Below are positions 18,134 to 25,202 of a DNA stretch of 64,000 nt, piece by piece. Below the pieces are notes generated by a model. That model saw only the letters and a list, made by a program, of their open reading frames with translations, searched no databases and was not told the origin of the DNA. The translations under genes and the position numbers were made by a program. How positions within the stretch are numbered: position 1 is the stretch's first letter; each line of letters begins with the position of its first letter. Origin of the DNA: a virus (lineage: Duplodnaviria; Caudoviricetes); IMG/VR virus record IMGVR_UViG_3300005670_000019, one strand, 5' to 3'.

Positions 18134-18552
18134 ATATTTAGATACCAATTTTGTTCTCTAGCTGTCTTTCTTTTGTGACAGTTTGAACAAAGAATCTGAC
18201 ATTTTTTAATTTCTTTTTCTATTGATTTCCATGAATATCCTTCGATGACCATTCTAGAAATATTTTGAGTTTTTGTCGAAGGATTCACATGATCAAATTC
18301 AAGAACAATCGGATCTTTTTCTCCACAATCAACACATGGATGAGTTTGTAAAAACTCAAACACTAGTTTTCTTATCAAGATTTTTCTGGTTTTATTTCTT
18401 TCCAAGAATTTGTTTCTATTATTTTCATAGAAACATTTCAAATTTTTCTTATTGCACTCTCTACAGTAGGATTGTAGGAGATTTTTCTCTTGGTTTTTCC
18501 AAGAAAAACTATTCAGGTTTTTTTCTTGTTTGCATCTTCCACATTGTTTCAT
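18124..18552 (-). CDS. HNH endonuclease
   Basis: CVDCGEKDPIVLEFDHV...KCQILCSNCH; TAG stop inside the 5' end of tRNA-Gln. Confidence 0.9.
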   Translation of the reverse strand: MKQCGRCKQEKNLNSFSWKNQEKNLLQSYCRECNKKNLKCFYENNRNKFLERNKTRKILIRKLVFEFLQTHPCVDCGEKDPIVLEFDHVNPSTKTQNISRMVIEGYSWKSIEKEIKKCQILCSNCHKRKTAREQNWYLNIQE

Positions 18553-18582
18553 ATGGAAATATAGTTTTGAAAACTATAAAAT

Positions 18583-18620
18583 GTTCAAAGCCTTTTGTCT
18601 TACCATTAGACGAACCCCGA
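18583..18620 (-). pseudogene. 5' half of a truncated tRNA-Gln(TTG)
   Basis: TCGGGGT-TC-GTCT-AATGGTA-AGAC-A-AAAGG-CTTTGAA, then breaks off just before the HNH gene. Confidence 0.85.
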
Positions 18621-18626
18621 AAAAAT

Positions 18627-18730
18627 TGGCAGTGGGGATTGGATTTGCACCAATATCCTTATTACGTCGTCAAAAAATCTCGTTCGTATTTGCCTTCAAC
18701 GCATTGCTCTAACTTATGAGCTACCCCACC
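18627..18730 (-). ncRNA. tRNA-like RNA with expanded anticodon arm
   Basis: Intact acceptor, D and T arms and CCA; ~45 nt replace the anticodon arm. Confidence 0.7.
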
Positions 18731-18751
18731 GATGGAACGAGAATGAATTGT

Positions 18752-18822
18752 TGGCAAGGTTTGGAGTTGCACCAAGAAGGATTTTTCACTTACTCATTAG
18801 CCTTACTAAGAGTTACCTCACC
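18752..18822 (-). ncRNA. tRNA-like RNA with extended D arm and no clear anticodon stem
   Basis: GGTGAGG/CCTTGCC acceptor; T arm TTGG-TGCAACT-CCAA. Confidence 0.55.
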
Positions 18823-18826
18823 GAAA

Positions 18827-18902
18827 TGGTTCGAGAGACAGGACTTGAACCTATAACCACCGAGTTCAGAGCCCGGCGCTCTACCAATTGAGCTACTCTC
18901 GA
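18827..18902 (-). tRNA. tRNA-Gln(CTG)
   Basis: CCGGG-CTCTGAA-CTCGG; CCA. Confidence 0.92.
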
Positions 18903-19055
18903 ATAGTTGAGGTCTTTACCTCACGCCTAGGAAAATTCTTGAGGTTTTCCTAGAACTATTACAGTTCTTAGTGTCTGTATCACTGGTTGACTTTTATCCA
19001 AGTCAACGCGGAGTGGATTTCATTTTAGGACAAAACCCACAAAGAGTCCCAAGTT

Positions 19056-19080
19056 TGGTACGAGCGACAGGATTCGAACC
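19056..19080 (-). pseudogene. 3' fragment of a tRNA (Gly-like acceptor)
   Basis: GGTTCGAATCCTGT-CGCTCGT-A-CCA just downstream of tRNA-Gly(TCC). Confidence 0.7.
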
Positions 19081-19122
19081 AATTGGTAGCAATCCATCAA
19101 AATCGCTTTTGCTACTATTTAT

Positions 19123-19197
19123 TGGAGCGGGCGATGGGACTCGAACCCACAACAACCAACTTGGAAGGCTGGCACTCTACCATTGAGTTACACCCGC
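19123..19197 (-). tRNA. tRNA-Gly(TCC)
   Basis: CCAGC-CTTCCAA-GTTGG; U73; CCA. Confidence 0.93.
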
Positions 19198-19214
19198 AAA
19201 AGGAAACTATAATT

Positions 19215-19617
19215 ATGTCAAGAAAACGAAATCCAAAAAATTGGTGTCTGAAATGTAGTAGCCGATGTAGAAATTCTAGAAGCAATTTATGCAGTATTTG
19301 TCATTCACAACAATTAAGTGTGAATTTTGGACAAACATATCGAATTGCTGATTTCAGCCAACTTCAATCTAGACACAGATTTCAACCTATACGAAATCAT
19401 GCCAAAAGAGTTATGAACTCGTCAAACAAAGAAAAAAATTTGCAATGTTTGTGGTTACAACAAACATGTTGAAGTTGCTCATCTAAAACCGATTCACTCT
19501 TTCCCCAAGGAAACATTATTAGAAACAGTAAACAACATTTCCAATCTGTTATATTTGTGTCCCAATTGTCATTGGGAACATGATAATGGGTTATTAGATG
19601 CAACAACTTCACAATGA
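19215..19617 (+). pseudogene. HNH endonuclease frameshifted at an A7 run (19432-19438)
   Basis: Removing one A joins MSRKRN... to CNVCGYNKHVEVAH...NLLYLCPNCHWEHD. Confidence 0.8.
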
Positions 19618-19797
19618 AACAATGACACATGATGCAGCAAAGCGTTCATCTTTTTTAGAAAGAAAACGTTGAGCTGCTTCATATGTAGCCCAAGTCTTTG
19701 TATCCGGATCAAGAGGGTCCTGCGTATATGGTTTCCGATTTGTTGATCTTTTCGTCACGTAACCATGACAGTCCCAACGAATTACGAACTTGCCCAT
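19609..19797 (-). CDS. hypothetical protein
   Basis: 62-aa ORF with GAGG RBS. Confidence 0.5.
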   Translation of the reverse strand: MGKFVIRWDCHGYVTKRSTNRKPYTQDPLDPDTKTWATYEAAQRFLSKKDERFAASCVIVSL

Positions 19798-19819
19798 ATA
19801 AACCTCAAATCCTTTAATT

Positions 19820-19894
19820 TGGAGCCCACTATCGGATTCGAACCGATATATCCAACTTACGAGGTTGGTGTCCTAGCCATTGAACGAAGCAGGC
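19820..19894 (-). tRNA. tRNA-Thr(CGT)
   Basis: CCAAC-CTCGTAA-GTTGG; CCA. Confidence 0.92.
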
Positions 19895-19918
19895 AAACAA
19901 AACAACTTACCAATTCTT

Positions 19919-20148
19919 CAAGGACGCTACTCCTAGCAAACTCTACAGTTCACTGTTTTTATTCCTCTTTCGAGGAGTCCGCTCGGACTTCTATGGGTTG
20001 GTTTCATTGTTTTTTCACAAACAATCTATCAAAATCGGCAGGGGTCGCTACACCCAACATAGAGTAAACTATATTGAACTCCTTTTCAGGAGGACTCGCT
20101 TGAGCGCGGTTCTTATGGATTTGCTTCGATTGTTTTCAGAAATTGTAC
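19919..20148 (-). ncRNA. two tandem diverged copies of a ~110-nt structured motif
   Basis: Same order of motifs in both: TGAAAA.ACAAT, CAA.CCATA, hairpin, TCCTC..GAAA..GGA, GG.GTAGCG.CC. Confidence 0.55.
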
Positions 20149-20305
20149 TACACTCTGTTCGCCGTGGCAGGCTGTAGCTCACCTCTGTTTATGAAACAAA
20201 CCGACTGCTGATCAGGTTCGCCGAATGTTTCATTGGTACGTCAGAAAAACCATCATGTTTTGCCTTCCCATCATAAAAGAGAAGTTTCGACATGATTCAA
20301 ACTGT

Positions 20306-20390
20306 TGGTGGGGATGGAAGGATTCGAACCTACTATTCAAAAGAAACGGTTTTACAGACCGCCGCAACACTCCAACGTTGCCGCATCCCC
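20306..20390 (-). tRNA. tRNA-Tyr(GTA)
   Basis: GCGGT-CTGTAAA-ACCGT; variable arm; CCA. Confidence 0.92.
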
Positions 20391-20538
20391 ATTTGACTTC
20401 ATAAATTTTGTTATGAAGTCAGCTCTATGTTAAACAAATATACTATATTATTCATCGGTAAGTCAATCAAGTTGACGAACCTAGTCCTATTTGGACTCAT
20501 CTTTTTTTTTCTAGACAACTACTTTCTCTTTCGAGAAA

Positions 20539-20613
20539 TGGCAGGTCGTAAAGGACTTGAACCTCTATCTCCCGGTTCGTAGCCGGGTACTCTATCCATT
20601 GAGCTAACGACCC
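20539..20613 (-). tRNA. tRNA-Arg(ACG)
   Basis: CCCGG-CTACGAA-CCGGG; CCA. Confidence 0.93.
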
Positions 20614-20787
20614 AAAACTAGAGAATGATTTATCACCTTCTCAGACTAAATGTCTCCAGTTCAATAAACCTATACTCGTTCTCCGTCGAGCTTCTACCCG
20701 AAGAAGGGCTCTGTTTTTAGGATGATTAGTCCCTTCTTCATAGGGTAATTTGAGCACAAACCCTACTAGTTGATATCACTCAACACG

Positions 20788-20874
20788 TAGCTGAGGAGGA
20801 AGGAATCGAACCTACATAGCCTCTTTCAAGACACAGGTTAACAGCCTGTCGCATTACCTTTATGCTACTCCCCA
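20788..20874 (-). tRNA. tRNA-Asn(GTT) with a long variable arm
   Basis: ACAGG-CTGTTAA-CCTGT followed by GTCTTGAAAGAGGC hairpin; 3' end reads CTA. Confidence 0.8.
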
Positions 20875-20875
20875 A

Positions 20876-20891
20876 TATTCAGTTTTCAAAC
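20876..20891 (-). promoter_or_regulatory. boxA-like antitermination motif
   Basis: GTTTGAAAACTGAATA. Confidence 0.55.
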
Positions 20892-20912
20892 TTCACAAGG
20901 AAGCTTAGAATT

Positions 20913-20985
20913 TGGATGCGGTCGCCGGAACTGCCCCGGTCCATTTGGTTATGAGCCAAATATGCAACTAGTACACCACCCCGCA
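20913..20985 (-). tRNA. tRNA-Met(CAT), initiator-like
   Basis: TGCGGGG acceptor; TTTGG-CTCATAA-CCAAA; atypical T-loop GGCAGTT; CCA. Confidence 0.75.
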
Positions 20986-21135
20986 ATAGGTTCAGGCTTG
21001 AAATGCATTCTAGAAATGCAAGTTCATTAGATAGTAGTATCACTACACGCTAGCCTGTTAGCGCAACACGGCTCCCACCGCCCGTGATGGGTCGGCTGCC
21101 GTAGATACTTGCAAAAACACCGTGAATAGTTAAGT

Positions 21136-21257
21136 CAACAAATAGAGAGGATTCGAACCTCTTGTTGAGCCGTCGCTCAAAGCACCAGACATTATGACAT
21201 TTCAGTCATAATCACAGGAATCGAACCTGCCATGTACTCGCCAATCGCTATTTGTTG
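21136..21257 (-). ncRNA. multibranch RNA with two T-arm hairpins
   Basis: 10-bp closing stem CAACAAATAG/CTATTTGTTG enclosing CAGGTTCGATTCCTG and GAGGTTCGAATCCTC. Confidence 0.6.
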
Positions 21258-21263
21258 TTCTTT

Positions 21264-21348
21264 TGGTACTCCCACCCGGATTCGAACCGGGACTCCCGAA
21301 GGAACCTGATTTTGAGTCAGGCGCGTCTGCCAGTTCCGCCATAGGAGC
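21264..21348 (-). tRNA. tRNA-Leu(CAA)
   Basis: CCTGA-CTCAAAA-TCAGG; variable arm; CCA. Confidence 0.93.
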
Positions 21349-21355
21349 AAAACAT

Positions 21356-21431
21356 TGGTGGATCAAAACGGACTTGAACCGATAACCCCCTGCGTGCAAA
21401 GCAGGTGCTCTCCCAATTGAGCTATTGACCC
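21356..21431 (-). tRNA. tRNA-Ala(TGC)
   Basis: CCTGC-TTTGCAC-GCAGG; G3:U70; CCA. Confidence 0.93.
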
Positions 21432-21570
21432 GTTGTACCAGTCTTTCCTGATCGTCCGCCCTTGTTTTGGTTCAGAGCTCACCCTAGATTAAATATGTAG
21501 AGAAAAAAGGGAAACCGAGTCCCTAAACAACCACATAAACAAGCAGTCGCGTGTCCAACTCTCTCTACAT

Positions 21571-21650
21571 TTACGCTTTTACGACTCGAACGTACCTGTA
21601 ACCTACTCATGCATTTTCGATTACCGTGCTCACCCTACACTGAAGCGTAA
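21571..21650 (-). ncRNA. tRNA-like RNA with a 15-nt anticodon loop
   Basis: TTACGCTT/AAGCGTAA stem, D arm GTGT/GCAC, GTAATC-N15-GGTTAC, T arm TACG-TTCGAGT-CGTA; no CCA. Confidence 0.6.
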
Positions 21651-21658
21651 GCTAAGTT

Positions 21659-21733
21659 TGGTGGGTCGCCCCGGAATCGAACCGGGCTCGGTCAGATTAA
21701 AAGTCTGGTGCATCACCTTGATGCTAACAACCC
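21659..21733 (-). tRNA. tRNA-Lys(TTT)
   Basis: CAGA-CTTTTAA-TCTG; CCA. Confidence 0.92.
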
Positions 21734-22065
21734 AATTTTAGCAATCCTTCGTGGATTTCAGCATGACAGTTTGCACACACCAAAATACACTTATCAAGTT
21801 CTTTTTGAACTTTTTCCCAAGACATTCCCCAATTTCCAGAAATTTGGAAATCTTTTTCTTTTGGGATCAAATGGTGAAAGTGAAGAGCTTGTTTAGCACG
21901 ACTGTATCCACAAATTGAACAACAGTTTCCTTTGTATTTGTAGATTTCTTCTTCTCGAAGCCTTCTTCGTCGAGCAACAAGACAAGAATTACAAGTTTTG
22001 TTTCTGTGACCTTTTGCCCTATTTGGTGTGTAGGTTCGACCACAGTCTTCGCAAGAAACTTCCAT
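21724..22065 (-). CDS. HNH endonuclease
   Basis: CSICGY...ALHFHH...ELDKCILVCANCHAEIH; TAG stop inside the 5' end of tRNA-Lys; own promoter at 22073-22101. Confidence 0.9.
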   Translation of the reverse strand: MEVSCEDCGRTYTPNRAKGHRNKTCNSCLVARRRRLREEEIYKYKGNCCSICGYSRAKQALHFHHLIPKEKDFQISGNWGMSWEKVQKELDKCILVCANCHAEIHEGLLKLGC

Positions 22066-22108
22066 GTCAACTACTATGACACGAAACTCGGTGACTTTCA
22101 AGGAAAGT

Positions 22109-22184
22109 TGGTGGACGCGAGAAGAATCGAACTTCCCACACAGTGCTTGCAAGGCATCGTCGCCCCCTTGGTACATGCGCGCCC
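22109..22184 (-). tRNA. tRNA-Ala(TGC), divergent
   Basis: Loop CTTGCAA; G3:U70; CCA; weak anticodon and D stems. Confidence 0.75.
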
Positions 22185-22210
22185 ATTTACTTACTCTAAG
22201 TAAGTGAAGT

Positions 22211-22288
22211 TGGTGGATCCCCTGGGGTTCGAACCCAGACCGTATCGGTTAAGAGCCGAGTGTGCTAGCCGTTAAACACCAGAGATCC
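22211..22288 (-). tRNA. tRNA-Lys(CTT)
   Basis: TCGG-CTCTTAA-CCGA; CCA. Confidence 0.9.
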
Positions 22289-22849
22289 ATAAATGCGGTT
22301 CGTCCTAATTTTACTTAGGTACGTTTGTCCGCGTGCCTTGATCTCAAAAGCTTGCTTTGCTTTCAAGATTGACAAGGAAAAATGTAGCCCTAAAGGTTTC
22401 TCGGCTTACAACCCGAGGTTTCCCTTTCTTCTCCTGCCAGAGAAGGCTCAAGTTTTGGCAGAAACTTGAACAAGAGCGCAGTTTGGAGCGGCAATCCATA
22501 GCTTAGTTTGTACGCTGCATGCAAAGATGCAGACCGCCTTTGGATTTTATCTCAACTTAGACCGCGAAAATTTAGGCTTGGTTGTCTTTTCGTAGGACGT
22601 CAGTCTTTGTTAGGCTACAAACCGTAGCTACCTACTACTAAGGGTTGGTCAACCGGGCAACTATGAAAACAAGTTCCTGACGATGTTTTCATTAGTACCT
22701 ATTTTCAGTCCGAGCCTCCAGACAATTTCTGTATAAATCCCTTGTCGCCTGGTCTGCGACGCTGCCCTACAATTGATGGGGTCGGGCGTGCCTCTCTACA
22801 CTAAAGGTATTTACACTTCCGAACAGATGCTTGCATCTGTTGAATAAAG

Positions 22850-22984
22850 CGAAGCAAACTGCGGAATCCGAGTCCACACCTTTCGCCCAAGGCTTATCAC
22901 TACGATACCTGACTTTCCGAAGAAAGCTTCATCTATGATATCCTTGAATAGAGGCGAATGTTCTGCCAGTTGAACTAAGTTCGC
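22850..22984 (-). ncRNA. tRNA-like RNA, CTA in anticodon register, with a ~60-nt hairpin insert
   Basis: GCGAACT/AGTTTGC acceptor, canonical D arm, TTCGC-CT-CTA-[insert]-GCGAA. Confidence 0.65.
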
Positions 22985-23210
22985 TTCAAACTTATTGGAG
23001 TTTTACTCCTTGAAATGAGGACAAACTCTGTTTAGCACTTAAACACACTAATTCTAGCTATCGTTGCATACGTCATCGCACTATTGCAGCTCGCGATGCT
23101 TCTCTGATAAATCACGCGAGTTATGTTTGTCCTCATTTCGAGGAGATAGATGCATTCTGCTACTGCCAGCAAAGGCATTCCACAGAGGATCTATTCTCCA
23201 GAACTTTCTC

Positions 23211-23226
23211 GTATTTAGTTTTCAAC
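23211..23226 (-). promoter_or_regulatory. boxA-like antitermination motif
   Basis: GTTGAAAACTAAATAC. Confidence 0.55.
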
Positions 23227-23503
23227 GCCCGAAGGGCAGTATAACCTGCTCACGCCGGGGCGGCTATTGCAGGTTGAAATTTGGTGCCCCGTTTCGCCGG
23301 GGCGACGCGCTGTTTCTTGTTTGGGGTAAGTCGACCTTGCCCATTCAAGCGGCGGCTCCATGTAGCCGGAGATATGTGTGAGTTAGGCTTACGTTTCCGT
23401 CAGCCGCTCACTCGATATCCCTTCATTCTTTTACTCTAGCAGGTCCGAAGACCATTTTCAACCAATGTCGGTCGATTTTTTTGAGTGCTTTTTAGCACGA
23501 AAT

Positions 23504-23577
23504 TGGTGGGCGACCATGGACTTGCACCACGACCTTCCCCATTTACGCGGGGGACGCACTGTTTATACTAGACGCCC
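23504..23577 (-). ncRNA. tRNA-like RNA with a 9-nt anticodon loop
   Basis: TCCCC-CGCGTAAAT-GGGGA; short D-loop lacking GG; T-loop TGCAAGT; CCA. Confidence 0.7.
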
Positions 23578-23885
23578 GAAATATGAGGAATTTGCTCCCA
23601 ATTACATCACGTATTTAGCGCGGTTCTGCAAAAGGCTAAATTACGCTTGGATTCGAACCAAGACTTTCCCCAAAAAAACTTTTTTTCAACCGGGAGGCTT
23701 CCTTGCCGTCCTCGATGATTTCAATATAACAGACCCCGAGAGGATTTTCAAGGAATGGTCAAAACTTTCTCTAAGTCCTTGATTTCCTTGAGAAATCCCA
23801 AATTTCGAACTGTCCTAATTTGGGGACAAGTGGTATCGTTCATGATACCACTCCAGTAGGACTATATTCCAGTCCTGTTGTAATT

Positions 23886-23962
23886 TGGTCAGAACGAAAG
23901 GATTTCAACCTTTATCCTCAGCCCATCCGGGCTGTGCTCTGGCGAATTGGAGCTACATTCTG
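23886..23962 (-). ncRNA. tRNA-like RNA (Pro-type acceptor) with a collapsed anticodon loop
   Basis: CAGCCC-GGAT-GGGCTG; intact acceptor, D and T stems; CCA. Confidence 0.7.
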
Positions 23963-23989
23963 CTAGAATCTATTTCTTTAGGTTCGAAA

Positions 23990-24065
23990 TGGTGTGCCAG
24001 GCGGGTTACGATCCCGTCTTACCTCGGGTCACAGCCGAGTATCTCTCCATTTGATTTCAGGCACC
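23990..24065 (-). tRNA. tRNA-His(GTG)
   Basis: CTCGG-CTGTGAC-CCGAG; encoded G-1; A73; CCA. Confidence 0.85.
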
Positions 24066-24092
24066 ATAGCATGTTCAAAGACATGCAAAAAT

Positions 24093-24172
24093 TGGTCAGG
24101 GTAGCAGGGTTCGAACCTGCACGATATTCTCCGCTCCAAACGGAGTCGCCTTCCAAAATGGCGCTTACCCTG
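24093..24172 (-). tRNA. tRNA-Pro(TGG)
   Basis: CTCCG-TTTGGAG-CGGAG; CCA. Confidence 0.88.
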
Positions 24173-24228
24173 ATAAAGTAATCATGTCATCACAGCCTGC
24201 TCGGAGTGTTGCTTTGATTACTTTTGAT

Positions 24229-24306
24229 TGGTGTTACTGGAGGGATTCGAACCTTCAACCTACCGCGTATCAGACGGTTGCTCCAACCAGATTGAGCTAC
24301 AGTAAC
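24229..24306 (-). tRNA. tRNA-Ile(GAT)
   Basis: ACCGT-CTGATAC-GCGGT; CCA. Confidence 0.92.
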
Positions 24307-24679
24307 ATATTTTATTGTGCTTATGCGCATGGTCATTGTCATCGAGCGAGAACCCTGTGAGTTCATCAACCTGTCATTTCAGGTACCTTGCACAATATTC
24401 ATTTTTTCCTGTTGTGTAAGTCGAGGCATCACCGGACCTCGGGAAATTAATCCACCCTGTGATTTCAGGGAATGCTTCTACACAACTTAACTTGTTTGGT
24501 TTTTTTCGCTTGCCTTCAAATGGCTCGTCCCAAAAACTCCCACAAATTTTAATTTGGTGGCTGTTCTAACAGATCAAAACAGAAGAAAGGTGCTTTTGCA
24601 GTTCTTCACGTCAGGTTGCTACTCTCCAGCCATGTCAAGCCTACTTTACTTTCGACCGTGGGCTTTCACGAAATCTTAT

Positions 24680-24910
24680 TCACGCAATCATTCCGATTGG
24701 GAATCCACTTTTCGCGATTCCCAACATTCGGTCCTTACAAAGGGCATGAAATGTCTTCATAGCTTGAGGCGTCTCGGACTGTCCGATTGAAAGCTTTCCG
24801 ATTGTTTGCATGTAAACTTTTGCAAACTCATTATCTGGCAGTTGCAGAATTTGCTTTGCAAATTCTTCTACCGACTTTTCCGTGGAATCACAATCAATTT
24901 CGATGTTCAT
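24680..24910 (-). CDS. hypothetical protein
   Basis: 76-aa ORF with AAGGA RBS. Confidence 0.55.
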   Translation of the reverse strand: MNIEIDCDSTEKSVEEFAKQILQLPDNEFAKVYMQTIGKLSIGQSETPQAMKTFHALCKDRMLGIAKSGFPIGMIA

Positions 24911-24938
24911 TATCTAATCCTTTTTAGAGGGTTTTTAG

Positions 24939-25013
24939 TGGTCGGAGAGACAGGGATCGAACCTGCGACTTCCTGCTCCCAAAGCAGGCGCACTACCGCT
25001 GTGCTACTCTCCG
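24939..25013 (-). tRNA. tRNA-Pro(TGG)
   Basis: CCTGC-TTTGGGA-GCAGG; CCA. Confidence 0.93.
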
Positions 25014-25121
25014 ATTGTTTGTGTTGGAATTTGACCGTGCAACACCTCGGTTACTCCGATATTATTTCACCGCCAGAGCTTGCAGAAATAGTAGGCTTAC
25101 GACCACCCTACTGTTAGGAGT

Positions 25122-25197
25122 TGGTCCTTGCGACTGGTAACGATCCAGTTCCTCTTGCTCTTCAGGCAAGCGTGCTGACCATCAACACTACACAAGG
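25122..25197 (-). tRNA. tRNA-Phe(GAA)
   Basis: CTTGC-CTGAAGA-GCAAG; T-loop ATCGTTA; CCA. Confidence 0.88.
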
Positions 25198-25202
25198 ATA
25201 TT

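Noticed and set aside
22400-25110. GTAAGCC-containing hairpins as twister or pistol ribozymes
   Set aside because: The required pseudoknots and conserved core could not be assembled by eye; an Rfam scan is needed.
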